From an uncultured Gemmatimonadales bacterium (GTDB lineage Bacteria > Gemmatimonadota > Gemmatimonadetes > Gemmatimonadales > Gemmatimonadaceae), in assembly GCA_963701965.1 (NCBI GenBank), contig OY969695.1, forward strand, positions 2,144,001 through 2,208,000: 64,000 nucleotides of DNA, written 5' to 3'. Under the pieces are notes generated by a model. It did no database searches. It was not told the DNA's origin and saw nothing but the letters and a program-made list of their open reading frames with translations. Position 1 is the stretch's first letter; each line of letters begins with the position of its first letter. Positions 1 through 9,978 of this stretch are shown piece after piece. The position numbers were made by a program, and so were the translations under genes.

Positions 1-379
1 ACTGGTAGGTCTCGACGGATTCGCCTTCGAATGCCCGCAAAATGCCGCCGATGAGCACCTTCACGTCGCTCTCGTCGCCCCGGTAGTGCTTGGTGACGGC
101 GTCGCTCAACCAATGGTAGTCCTTGGTGTACGCGGCTTTCCACGGCTGGCGCTCGCGCAGCGAGGGGTCGCCTTCGGCCATGTTGGCCAACCGTTGCAGG
201 ATGAACCCGAGCTCCACCGGCAGCGGCTTCTCCGACCAGAGGGTGCCGTCGTTGTCGAACACGGCGACCCGCGCGTCGGCCGGCACATAGTCCGGTGAAC
301 CGGCGGTCGTGACGCGCGCGACGAACTCTTCAATCGCGCGCTTCGGTCCTCCATCGTTCCAGGACTCGAGGGCGGGCAT
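1..379 (-). CDS. HAD-superfamily hydrolase, 5' part (runs off window start)
   Basis: Manual translation from ATG at 379: MPALESWNDGGPKRAIEEFVARVTT...VAVFDNDGTLWSEKPL; HAD motif I DxDGT; absent from the ORF track because it is open-ended. Confidence 0.85.
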   Translation of the reverse strand, partial: MPALESWNDGGPKRAIEEFVARVTTAGSPDYVPADARVAVFDNDGTLWSEKPLPVELGFILQRLANMAEGDPSLRERQPWKAAYTKDYHWLSDAVTKHYRGDESDVKVLIGGILRAFEGESVETYQ

Positions 380-414
380 TCGCCATCGTACCCGCCGGTG
401 CCCCGGCCCCTCTA

Positions 415-2805
415 TTAGCCATTGGTCGACAATGCGGCGACCGGGTTGATCTGAGTGGTCCGCAACGCGGGAATGAGGGCGGCGACCAGGGCGACCACGG
501 CAAACACGACGGCGGCGCCGGCGAAGATAGCCGGATCGTGGGCATCGACGCCGACGAAAAGCCCGGAGAGACCGCGCGTGACAAACCATGCCGCGACCGA
601 GCCCACAGCGATCCCGGTCCCGGTGAGAGCCAAGGCGCGCCGCACCACGTCGCGCATGACGTGCGCGTGGCTGGCGCCGAGCGCGAGCCGCACACCGATC
701 TCGCGACGGCGCTGACTCACGATGTAGGAAAGCACGCTGTAGATCCCGATCATGCCCAGGACCAACGCGACGGCGGCAAAGAGTGACGCCAGAAACGTCG
801 AGAATCGCGTCGTGCCCATGGTGTCGGCCACCCGCTCATCCATGGTCTTGACGTCGGAAACCGCGAGGCTCGGATCCAGACCGGCGATCACGCGCCGCAG
901 GCCGGCGGCCGATGCCGTCGGATCGTCAGACGTCCGGAGCGACAGATACACGGACGGCACGGGATTCTGGGCGATGGAGAAGTACAACGTCGCCGCGTCC
1001 TCCACGGCCCATCCGTACAGTCGTATCGCCGGCGCGACGCCGACAATCTCCATCGTGTCCGTGTCGAAGACGAGCCGTTGGCCCAACGGCTGGCGGTCCC
1101 CGAGGTAGCGATGCACGAGCGTTTCATCCACGACGACGATTTTGGGCGCGCGCGAATCATCGGTCGCCTGTATGGTCCGACCGCGACGCAGGGCAATGCC
1201 CATGGTCTTGAAGTACTCGGGGCTTACGGACGCGAAATGGGCGCTCGGCATGTCGATCAATTTGCGAGTCGGCTGGCCGGGGATGGCGAAGACCGAGATC
1301 CCATTGCTGAAGCTCGGGAGCGCGGACGACGCGCTTGCGCTCCGGACGCCGGGCAGCGCGGCGAGGCGTTCGAGCGCACTGCTGACGAATGCGTTCTGCG
1401 ATTCCGGCGTCGGATAGCGCGTAGGGGACAGGTCGATCTGTGCCGTGAGGACGCCACGGGGCCGGAATCCGGGGTCCATCCGCTGGAAGTGCGCGAAGCT
1501 CGAGGCCAAGAGGCCGGCTCCCGTCAACAACACGAGCGCGACGGCGACTTGCAGCACCACGAGGGAGTCCTGCACGCGATGATGTTGCGCCGACCCCGTA
1601 CCGCGCCCGCCTTCCTTGAGCATCGCGGCCAGGCTGCCGCGCGACACGTGCCACGCCGGCAGCAGGCCGAAGACGAGGACCGTCGCCACCGAGATCAGCG
1701 CGCAGAACGCGACGACCCGCCCGTCGACACCGATCTCGCTCAGCCGCGGAAGCGTGGGCGGCGCCAGCGAACGCAGAATGCGGACGCCCATGATCGCCAC
1801 CCCGACGCCGAGCGCCCCCGCGGCGACGCCGAGCGTCGCTGCTTCCGCCACCAGCTCGCGCAAGAGCCGCCCGCGCGTGGCGCCAAGCGCGCTCCGGACC
1901 GCCAGCTCCCGCTGCCGCGCCAGGCAGCGCACGAGGAACAGGTTGGCGAGATTCGCCGAACCGATCAAGAGGACACACGCCGCGGCGGCAAGCAGCGCGA
2001 CGAGCGCGGGCCGGGCGTCGCCGATCAATTCGTCCAGGAGCGGGACGGTGATCACCGACCAGCTTTCGTTCGTCGCGAGATATTCCCGCGCCAGTCGATT
2101 GGCGATCGCCTCCATCTCGCGCTGGGCGCCGGCCTGGGTCGCGCCCGCCTTGAGGCGGCCAAAGACCCCGAGGATATGGTAGTCGCGGCTGTTGGCTGCT
2201 ACATCCTGCGCTCGGAAGCTGAGACGCGTCCACACCTCAGTGGTGCCCGGAAGACCCGAGGGCAGGACGCCGACGATGGCGTAGGGGCGGTTATCGAGCA
2301 TTAGCGTTTGGCCGAGCGCCGACGACGCCCCGCCGAACCGGCGCTGCGACAACCCGTTTCCGATCACGACCTCGGCCGGACCACCGGAGTCCGGCGAGAG
2401 CCCACGACCCACGATCGGCGTGAGACCCATGACCGGGAAATAGTTCGGCGTGACCGCCAGCCCCGGCACATGCTCGGGCTCCTGCTTTCCGGTCACAGTG
2501 CCCGCGGCATACATCGCGGCCGCCAGGCCGCTAAAGGTCGTGTTCTGCGCCCGCCAATCGAGATAATCCGGCGCCGACACGGTGAACTTCGGCAGGTTGA
2601 CGCGTGGGTTGCTCGACCACAGCGTGAACACCCGGTCGGGGTCGCGATACGGGAATGCCTTGAGCAGGACGCCGTCGACGAGCCCGAACACGGACGCCGT
2701 GGCGCCGATCGCAACGGCCATGGTGATCGTAGCGGCGATCGTGAACCCTGGGCTTCCGCGTAGCCGGCGCAGGGCGTAGCGCAGCTCCCGCACTGCCGTT
2801 CTCAT
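415..2805 (-). CDS. ADOP-type duplicated ABC permease (MacB periplasmic + FtsX, twice)
   Basis: 796 aa; LRYALRRLRGSPGF start, RELAVRSALGA and RREIGVRLALGA motifs, ends INPVAALS; ATGA overlap with upstream gene. Confidence 0.92.
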   Translation of the reverse strand: MRTAVRELRYALRRLRGSPGFTIAATITMAVAIGATASVFGLVDGVLLKAFPYRDPDRVFTLWSSNPRVNLPKFTVSAPDYLDWRAQNTTFSGLAAAMYAAGTVTGKQEPEHVPGLAVTPNYFPVMGLTPIVGRGLSPDSGGPAEVVIGNGLSQRRFGGASSALGQTLMLDNRPYAIVGVLPSGLPGTTEVWTRLSFRAQDVAANSRDYHILGVFGRLKAGATQAGAQREMEAIANRLAREYLATNESWSVITVPLLDELIGDARPALVALLAAAACVLLIGSANLANLFLVRCLARQRELAVRSALGATRGRLLRELVAEAATLGVAAGALGVGVAIMGVRILRSLAPPTLPRLSEIGVDGRVVAFCALISVATVLVFGLLPAWHVSRGSLAAMLKEGGRGTGSAQHHRVQDSLVVLQVAVALVLLTGAGLLASSFAHFQRMDPGFRPRGVLTAQIDLSPTRYPTPESQNAFVSSALERLAALPGVRSASASSALPSFSNGISVFAIPGQPTRKLIDMPSAHFASVSPEYFKTMGIALRRGRTIQATDDSRAPKIVVVDETLVHRYLGDRQPLGQRLVFDTDTMEIVGVAPAIRLYGWAVEDAATLYFSIAQNPVPSVYLSLRTSDDPTASAAGLRRVIAGLDPSLAVSDVKTMDERVADTMGTTRFSTFLASLFAAVALVLGMIGIYSVLSYIVSQRRREIGVRLALGASHAHVMRDVVRRALALTGTGIAVGSVAAWFVTRGLSGLFVGVDAHDPAIFAGAAVVFAVVALVAALIPALRTTQINPVAALSTNG

Positions 2806-5348
2806 GGGCGTATTTGGGCGCGAATGCGCACGGTTCGGGTGAGCTCATCCTCCGACTGCAGCACCTTTTGACGGAGGTCGAGCGGCAGATCCGGGTGCGT
2901 CGCCAGAAATTGGTGCACCGCGCGCAGGGCCTCGGCGCTGGTCTGGCCTTCGACGAACGCGCTCAACCAGAGTCCAAGGAAGAAAATGCGCCGATTGCGC
3001 TGGATCCAGGGCAGCGAGTCCAGCGCCGGCACCAGGTAGCGCCGCGTCAGCGCGCTCTGCTCCGGCGCGTTGAACTCGCGGAGACTGGCCGTCACCCATT
3101 CTTCGTTGAGCGTCGAGTCGGCCAGGTAGCGGCTCCAGTAGCCCTCCTTTGCTGCGGCCGCCGGCCGCGCCGCGCCGGCGACGAAAGCCCGCCGTTGTCC
3201 CTCGGTCCCGCGATCGCGCTGCATCTCCGCCGCGTAGCGCGCCGACGCGGTCGGCGCCTGATGCGCGATCAACGCCGTCACGATGGCCCAACGCGTCGGC
3301 GCCTTGAGCGGCGCCCCGGCCAACGAATCGCGATCGAGCCACGCATCGAGCCGCCGCCCGGCGTCGCCCGTGCCCGCGATGGCGATGTAGGCGTCGAGTC
3401 CCGCTTTGCGCATGCCGAACCCACGCGCCGTATCCGCCGCGATGCCGCTCAAGAGACTCTCCAACCGGGGACGGACGGCATCCCGCTGGGCATCCGACAG
3501 ATACGCTTCGACCGCCCGCACCGTGCGCGCCAGTACAAACGTGGCGATCTGCTCGTCGGGCTCGCGCCCGATGCCACGCTCGACCATCGCGATGAACCGT
3601 TGCGGGGACAGCTCGGCATCGCGCACGCGATCCCAGATCGATCCCCACAGCATGGCCCGCAAGAGCGGGTCCCGCACTTCCCCGATGTGCTGCTCCAGCC
3701 ACGCCACGCTCAATGCATCGAGACCGATGACCGCATACCCGTAGTCGCCTGCGTTCGCATACACGAACGCATCGCCGGAGCACCCCGTGAGCGGCACCAC
3801 CGTCCGCCGGTCGCGGAGCTCCACCGCGACCCGGCACGTGCCGGCCGCCACGTCGAGCTTGAGCGGCCAGGGATCTGGCCCCGAGATCGGCCGCGCCGGA
3901 TGCTCCACCAGCGTGAGGCTGGCGATGCGCCCGCTCTGCACGCGCACCTCTTGCTCGACGATCGGCACGCCGGGGCGCAGAATGTAGGCGCGGCCCCACG
4001 CGTCCAGCGATCGGTGCGACGCCGCGCCCACGCTCGACAGCAAGTCGCGCCACGTCGCGTTGCCGTACGCATGGTCGCGGAGAAACGCGCGCAACCCGTC
4101 GCGGAACGCCGTATCGCCCACGAGAAACGCGAGTTGTTTGAGAATCGCGGGTGCCTTGTCGTAGACGATGGGACCGTAGGCGCTCTTCGCCTGGTCGAGA
4201 TTCCCCAGGGCCTGCCACACGGGCGTCGTCCCGTCGGTCACATCGACTGCGTAGGCGGGCGGCCGGTTCCGCAGGTAGAACATCTTCCAAGCACCCGACG
4301 CCGGGTCGAGCGCATGTTGCATCACGGCCGCCATGTAGCTGGCGAACCCTTCTTTGAGCCAGAGATCGTCGAACCACTCCATGGTCACGAGATCGCCGAA
4401 CCACTGGTGCGCGACCTCGTGGAAGATCGTCGCTTCGCGCCCCAATCGCTGGTTCAGCGTCGGACGCTCGCGAAAGATGAAACTCTCCTCGTTGTAAAAG
4501 ACCGCGCCCGGATGCTCCATGCCGCCGAAGGGAAACAATGGCGCGAGCACGACGTCGAATTTCGGGAACGGAAACGGCCGGTCGAAGTAGCGCTCGAGCC
4601 AGTCGAGCGCGCGCCCATTGAGCGCGAGGATCGTATCGCCCTCGACCTCGGCCTTGCGGGACGCCCGCACGTACAGCGTGATCGGCCGCCCGGCCGAAGT
4701 GGTGATGCGCGCCCACGGCCCTGCCGCGAACGCGATGAGATAGGTGCTGATCGGCTCCGTCGCCCCGAAGTGGACCGTCATGGCACTGTCCGTGGAGTCA
4801 GCACCCGCCGCCGCGCCATTCGCCACCGCGCTCCAGCCCCGCGGTATCGTGAGCGCCAGCGTCACCCGCGCCTTCAAGTCCGGTTGGTCGAAGCAGGGAA
4901 ACAAGGCGTTGGCGTCCGCCGGCACCAGCAACGTGTACAGATAGTCCGCGCCATCACTGGTGTCGTGAAAGCGAATGATGCTCGCGCCCGCCGGCGCTAT
5001 CGCCGCCGAAAAGTCGAAATCGACGGCGTTCTCGCCGCGGACGAGGAGCGCGGCGGGAATCCGCACGTGGGCGCCATTGGCCACCACGCCGGCGGGGTCG
5101 TGTCCATTGACTGCGGTGGCCCGCAACTCGGGCCCGCGAAAATCCAACAGGATATCGCCCGTATCGACCCGGTCGAATCGCACGCGGACGTGCCCCGTCG
5201 CCCGATCGTGCTGCCGGACATCGAGCGCCAGATCGTATCGGACGTGCGCGACCTCGGCGGCGCGCCTCTCGGCCAGAGCCCGCGAGATTCCCGGGCCATC
5301 AATGCTGTCGGCAACGGGCAGCGCCAACCCCAACAATACGCTGAGCAT
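2802..5348 (-). CDS. pepN: M1 family aminopeptidase N
   Basis: GGMEH exopeptidase motif, HEVAHQWFG...WLKEG zinc motif, ERAP1-like C-terminal region. Confidence 0.92.
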   Translation of the reverse strand: MLSVLLGLALPVADSIDGPGISRALAERRAAEVAHVRYDLALDVRQHDRATGHVRVRFDRVDTGDILLDFRGPELRATAVNGHDPAGVVANGAHVRIPAALLVRGENAVDFDFSAAIAPAGASIIRFHDTSDGADYLYTLLVPADANALFPCFDQPDLKARVTLALTIPRGWSAVANGAAAGADSTDSAMTVHFGATEPISTYLIAFAAGPWARITTSAGRPITLYVRASRKAEVEGDTILALNGRALDWLERYFDRPFPFPKFDVVLAPLFPFGGMEHPGAVFYNEESFIFRERPTLNQRLGREATIFHEVAHQWFGDLVTMEWFDDLWLKEGFASYMAAVMQHALDPASGAWKMFYLRNRPPAYAVDVTDGTTPVWQALGNLDQAKSAYGPIVYDKAPAILKQLAFLVGDTAFRDGLRAFLRDHAYGNATWRDLLSSVGAASHRSLDAWGRAYILRPGVPIVEQEVRVQSGRIASLTLVEHPARPISGPDPWPLKLDVAAGTCRVAVELRDRRTVVPLTGCSGDAFVYANAGDYGYAVIGLDALSVAWLEQHIGEVRDPLLRAMLWGSIWDRVRDAELSPQRFIAMVERGIGREPDEQIATFVLARTVRAVEAYLSDAQRDAVRPRLESLLSGIAADTARGFGMRKAGLDAYIAIAGTGDAGRRLDAWLDRDSLAGAPLKAPTRWAIVTALIAHQAPTASARYAAEMQRDRGTEGQRRAFVAGAARPAAAAKEGYWSRYLADSTLNEEWVTASLREFNAPEQSALTRRYLVPALDSLPWIQRNRRIFFLGLWLSAFVEGQTSAEALRAVHQFLATHPDLPLDLRQKVLQSEDELTRTVRIRAQIRP

Positions 5349-5391
5349 GGGGAGACAGTAGTCTCCCGACGCTCCGCGGGGAAGGCACCGG

Positions 5392-5757
5392 CTAATTCAC
5401 CGTGGCCAAGGCCCGGCGGAGCTGGTCCAGTTCAATGGGCATCCCAAACCACGGCAGCGTGCTCTGCTCGGCGATGATGCGCACGTCGTCCGCGAACCGG
5501 CCGGGACTGAACACGACCACTTGAGTCCCGCGCACCCGCTGTTCCCGAACGAACGCCTGCGAGAACCCATCGGGATGATCGACATCGACGATGATGAGCT
5601 CAGGCTGATGCCGTTCGACCGCGTCGCTCGCCGACCCGCGCCGCCGGTCGTATACGACGGCGCGAAACCCCTCCCGTTCCACGTACGCGCTCACCAGTGC
5701 GCCAATCATCCAGTCGGTCGACACGATGAGCACGGTCGCCGGTTCCGTCATTGTCAT
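5392..5757 (-). CDS. Stand-alone atypical receiver (CheY-like) domain protein
   Basis: Start reassigned to MTMTEP; TVLIVSTD...PELIIVD...VVVFS...MP follows the receiver pattern with degenerate conserved residues. Confidence 0.6.
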   Translation of the reverse strand: MTMTEPATVLIVSTDWMIGALVSAYVEREGFRAVVYDRRRGSASDAVERHQPELIIVDVDHPDGFSQAFVREQRVRGTQVVVFSPGRFADDVRIIAEQSTLPWFGMPIELDQLRRALATVN

Positions 5758-5852
5758 AGCCGCGAATCTATCGCGCGAATGTCCGATCACCGCATAAGCA
5801 AACCGAGAAGATTTGGGACGAACGTTAAGACAGATGGCGGCAATCTCGGCCA

Positions 5853-7385
5853 CTACGTCGTCGCGGCCGGCATCATCTTCTCCACCACCTCGTCGATCGA
5901 GAAACTCGCCGGCCGCTGGCGGATCGGGAATTCCTTGAGGGACTCGAGCCATTTGGCCACGAGGACCTGCGCGGGCACCATCATGAACGAGCGATCGACC
6001 ATCCATTTGTCGTAGAAGAGTGAGCTCTCTTCCCCCTGCTCAAATGGGTCCGACCGGAGATTGTACATCTTGGGGACGCGGAACTTCGCGAAGGGCTCAC
6101 GCCAGACAGAGACTCCGTGGGCGCGCTGTTCCTCGAACACGACCTTCCAGTTCCCCACGCGGATGGCCAGCAAGTCGCCGTCGTCACTCCAGTAGAGGAA
6201 TCCTTCGCGGGGAGACTTGTCGACGTCGCCCTTGAGGAACGGCAGCAGATTCATGCCATCCAAATGCACTTTGAATTTCTTGCCATCGGCGGTATAGCCC
6301 TTCTTGACCTTCTCGACGAGATCGGGCTCGCCGGCTGCCGCGGCGAAGGTCGGGACCATGTCCTGCAGCGAGCAGATGTCGTTGATGACGCGTCCCGGCT
6401 TGATGACCCCCGGCCAGCGCATCAGGAACGGTACCCGCCAGCCGCCTTCGCCCTGGGTGTCCTTCTCGGCGCGGAACGGAGAGGCCCCGCCATCCGGCCA
6501 GGACATCTTTTCGGCGCCGTTATCCGTCGTGAACACCACGATCGTGTTGTCGACAACGCCCAGGTCCTCGAGCTTCTTGAGCAACTGGCCCACGTAGCCG
6601 TCCAGCTCCACCATGCCGTCGGGATAGAGGCCCAGTCCGGTCTTGCCAACGGACGCTGGCTTGAGATGCGTGAAGACGTGCATGCGCGTGGTGTTGAAAT
6701 AACAGAACCATGGCACGCCTTCCTTGTTCTTGCGGTCCATGAAGTCGAGCGCCCCGGAGAGGAACTCTTCGTCCACGGTCTCCATGCGCTTGATGTTGAG
6801 CGGCCCCGTGTTCTCGATCGTCTGCTTGCCGATCTTGCCGAACTGAGGGTCGACCGTCGTGTCGTCCTTGTCCGTGGCCTTGCAGCGCAGCACGCCGCGC
6901 GGGCCGAATTTCTTGCGGAACTCGGGATCCTTGGGGTAATCCGGGTTCTCCGGTTCCTGCTCGGCATTCAAGTGATACAGGTTGCCGAAGAACTCGTCGA
7001 AGCCATGCACGGTGGGGAGGAACTCGTTGCGATCGCCAACGTGGTTCTTGCCAAACTGTCCCGTAGCGTAGCCGAGTTGCTTGAGAAACTGCCCGATGGT
7101 CGGATCCTCGGCGCTCAAGCCGATAGTGGACGCCGGGAGGCCGACCTTGGTCAGCCCGGTTCGTATGGGCTGTTGGCCCGTGAGGAACGCGGCACGGCCT
7201 GCCGTACAGCTTTGCTGTCCGTAGAAATCCGTGAAGACCGCACCCTCCTGGCCAATGCGATCGATGTTGGGCGTGCGGTACCCCATGATCCCCATGTTGT
7301 ACGCGCTGACGTTGAACCAACCAATGTCATCGGCCATGATGAACAGGATATTCGGCTTGCTGGGCTGCGTCTTTTGCGTCGGCAT
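5853..7385 (-). CDS. Arylsulfatase (Cys-type)
   Basis: PNILFIMADD, SCTAGRAAFLTG (CxAxR), GKNH and TDNG motifs. Confidence 0.93.
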   Translation of the reverse strand: MPTQKTQPSKPNILFIMADDIGWFNVSAYNMGIMGYRTPNIDRIGQEGAVFTDFYGQQSCTAGRAAFLTGQQPIRTGLTKVGLPASTIGLSAEDPTIGQFLKQLGYATGQFGKNHVGDRNEFLPTVHGFDEFFGNLYHLNAEQEPENPDYPKDPEFRKKFGPRGVLRCKATDKDDTTVDPQFGKIGKQTIENTGPLNIKRMETVDEEFLSGALDFMDRKNKEGVPWFCYFNTTRMHVFTHLKPASVGKTGLGLYPDGMVELDGYVGQLLKKLEDLGVVDNTIVVFTTDNGAEKMSWPDGGASPFRAEKDTQGEGGWRVPFLMRWPGVIKPGRVINDICSLQDMVPTFAAAAGEPDLVEKVKKGYTADGKKFKVHLDGMNLLPFLKGDVDKSPREGFLYWSDDGDLLAIRVGNWKVVFEEQRAHGVSVWREPFAKFRVPKMYNLRSDPFEQGEESSLFYDKWMVDRSFMMVPAQVLVAKWLESLKEFPIRQRPASFSIDEVVEKMMPAATT

Positions 7386-7509
7386 CGTGAGTCTCCCCTG
7401 GTAGACAGGCGTGGCAACAGGGCACGATGCCGGGGCTCGGGTCGCTGGGGAAGTAGACCTATGGCTACAGCATGGGTGGAATGAGCGGTCATTGCTATGT
7501 TACCCCTCG

Positions 7510-8085
7510 ATGAGCTCGCGTCGTGGGTGTATCGGCCCGTTCGCCGGATGCCTGATGGTCGTGATCGCCGTGCTGGGTCTCATGTACGGCATGGACACGT
7601 ACGTCATTGCGCCGTGGGCCCATGGCGATGGTCCGAAACTCACGGGCACGTGGGTTGGTGCGTTCGTGACGCCGACCGGCCGGCATGGGGTGTTGGAGCT
7701 GGCGCTGCGCCACGAGCCCGCCATGCGGCGAGGCGACATGGGGAGTAAAGGACGGGGTCGACTCACGGGGACGGCGCGATCGTGTGGCCTCGTGGACTGG
7801 CCCGCCTATGACCTCGCCGGCAGCGCGAACCGATCGGCGACCGACGTGTCGATCGTCATCACCGTGCCGCATCCCGCGCCATCCGGTTATTACGTGCACG
7901 AGTTGCGCGGACGATGGGCCGGCGACTCGCTCCTCCTGGCCGGGGTGTTGAGCTCATACGCCGGCCTGACACACACGTACCACGGCGGCGCCGCCGACGA
8001 GAATCAGGCGACGCACATCACCCTCCGGCCGGGTGCCGATACGGATTTCGACAAGGCCTGCGCGGCGAAGCAACGACGCACGTAA
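7510..8085 (+). CDS. Hypothetical membrane-anchored protein
   Basis: Likely start MSSRRGCIG; one N-terminal hydrophobic segment then a beta-rich domain (LTGTWVG). Confidence 0.6.
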   Translation: MSSRRGCIGPFAGCLMVVIAVLGLMYGMDTYVIAPWAHGDGPKLTGTWVGAFVTPTGRHGVLELALRHEPAMRRGDMGSKGRGRLTGTARSCGLVDWPAYDLAGSANRSATDVSIVITVPHPAPSGYYVHELRGRWAGDSLLLAGVLSSYAGLTHTYHGGAADENQATHITLRPGADTDFDKACAAKQRRT

Positions 8086-8158
8086 GTCCAAGCCGCGATC
8101 GCGAGTCGCGGCACCAAGGTCCAATTGCCGCCAACGGGCGGTCGCGGCAGCGTGTCGA

Positions 8159-9277
8159 ATGGTGCCGCGACTGGGCGTCGGCGTCGGACTCACGGCCATG
8201 TGCGTGGCATGCTTCAAGGTGCCGACGCAATCGGCCCAGCTGGCCTTGGTCGACGACGCAGCCGTCACCGCGATCCAGCTCCAAATGCAGGTCTACGAGA
8301 TGGGACGTTGGGCGACCGACGTCATCCAACTCGCGGCCGACAGCGTCCGTTCACGCGATTCGTCATCGACCGTCCGACGGCGCGCCCTGCTGTGGAAGAT
8401 CGCGGCCATTCCACTCGTGGAGGAAGCTTCACTCCGGAGTGAACCCACCATCGGCGCCGTGGACTTGTGGGCGTTCGCGGTCCAGCAGCGCAACTACTTC
8501 CAAACCGGCGACGGCAAGGATGCCTTCGGCGCCGAACAATGGATCGCGCGCGCGGCCGCGGATACCATTGAGCACGGGGTGCGTGTGCTCGTGGGTCAGG
8601 TCCGTGCCAGCAAACAGATCTCGGATACGGCGACGGCCGCCGTCGAACGGTGGGCCGGCCGGCATCCCCTGTACGGCCCGGACATGCGCCGGTCCTCCGT
8701 GGTCGCATCCGAATGGAAGGCACTGGGCATCGAGGAGACGAGCCTCGCCGGCACGGCGGCCCGCATGGAGCGCGGGCTCAACGCCATCAGCTCACGCTTG
8801 GGTTACCTCAACGAAAACATGCTGAATCGCGTCGTCTGGCAGATGCAGCTCGCCGCGACCAGCGTGCCCTGGACGGGGCGCCCCGACACGATGCTGAGTG
8901 GCCTGACGCTAGCCGCGCGCCAGATCGGTGGGCTGGCGGCCACTGGACCCGCGGTCGTCGAAAGCGAACGACGCGCGGTGTTTCGCGATCTGGCCGGGGA
9001 GCGCGCGCACGTGTTCGGTGCGATCGACACGCAGCGCGTGGCGACGCTGGACGCGTTGGACGCCGAACGAAAGGCCGCGTTCGACGACCTGCGCGTCGAA
9101 CGCACCGCCGCGTTGGCGTCCACGGACAGCATCGCGCAACGCTCCATCGACCACGCGGGCCGTGTGGCCTCGCGACTGGCCCGGGAGGTGGCGGCGCTGA
9201 CCGCGCTCCTCGTGCTCGTCGCCACCATTGGCGCGTCTATCGTCGTGAGCCTCTGGCGCCGGCGCGCACCCACCTAG
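8159..9277 (+). CDS. Hypothetical lipoprotein-like helical protein with C-terminal TM anchor
   Basis: Hydrophobic leader ending CVAC, helical body, 11-residue repeats, C-terminal hydrophobic helix followed by RRR. Confidence 0.7.
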   Translation: MVPRLGVGVGLTAMCVACFKVPTQSAQLALVDDAAVTAIQLQMQVYEMGRWATDVIQLAADSVRSRDSSSTVRRRALLWKIAAIPLVEEASLRSEPTIGAVDLWAFAVQQRNYFQTGDGKDAFGAEQWIARAAADTIEHGVRVLVGQVRASKQISDTATAAVERWAGRHPLYGPDMRRSSVVASEWKALGIEETSLAGTAARMERGLNAISSRLGYLNENMLNRVVWQMQLAATSVPWTGRPDTMLSGLTLAARQIGGLAATGPAVVESERRAVFRDLAGERAHVFGAIDTQRVATLDALDAERKAAFDDLRVERTAALASTDSIAQRSIDHAGRVASRLAREVAALTALLVLVATIGASIVVSLWRRRAPT

Positions 9278-9309
9278 CGCGTGGGCACGGGCGCAGTATC
9301 TTCGCGTCT

Positions 9310-9975
9310 GTGTGGTTGATCCTGCTGTCTCTCCTCCTTCCGGCACCGCCGCGCGCCAGGGTGCAGACCGCGCTCGATGCCATGGGCGGCGTGGCGGCCG
9401 TGCGCGCGATCACGACCGTCCAGATCGCCGGCGCGGGGTATGCGACGGGCGACACAGCGGAGGGTGCGCCGCCGGCGCTCTCGGTCTTCGCGTTCATCGA
9501 AACGCGCGACGACCGGCGGCCGCGCCTGGTCCAGGATGTCGCCATGCTCCAACGTCCGGACTCGTCCCTCCGCACGGTCACGACGCTGACCCTGACAGGC
9601 GACAGCGTGATCGTGGAGCGCGCCGGCACCCGTCGGATGCGGGGCCCGCGGGCCATGGATGCGTGGCTGACCGAGGCGCCGGAGAACGTGCTGTTGGCCG
9701 CGCTCGAGGCCAAAGACCTCGTGAGCGACGGCGACTCCGCCGTGCGGTTTTCCTGGCGCGGGCGCACCGTGCAGGTGCGGTTCGGGCCGAAGTCGCCGCT
9801 GCCGGCCGCCGTCACGCTCAACGACGCCAACGGGCCGCTCACCACCGTCTACTCCCGCTGGAAGCGCGTGGCGCACGGGATCACGTATCCCAGCCAGTGG
9901 GATGTCCGGCAGAACGACACGCCGGCGGAATCCTTCACGGCCGACCGCGTCATGATCGCCATAGGCGCGACTTAG
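9310..9975 (+). CDS. Hypothetical secreted protein
   Basis: GTG start VWLILLSLLL, ALDAMGG motif, beta-rich; stop 3 nt before the next ATG. Confidence 0.55.
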   Translation: MWLILLSLLLPAPPRARVQTALDAMGGVAAVRAITTVQIAGAGYATGDTAEGAPPALSVFAFIETRDDRRPRLVQDVAMLQRPDSSLRTVTTLTLTGDSVIVERAGTRRMRGPRAMDAWLTEAPENVLLAALEAKDLVSDGDSAVRFSWRGRTVQVRFGPKSPLPAAVTLNDANGPLTTVYSRWKRVAHGITYPSQWDVRQNDTPAESFTADRVMIAIGAT

Positions 9976-9978
9976 GCT

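Noticed and set aside
2814..5477. 887-aa plus-strand ORF
   Set aside because: Antisense shadow of pepN; Arg-rich with no motifs, typical of high-GC DNA.
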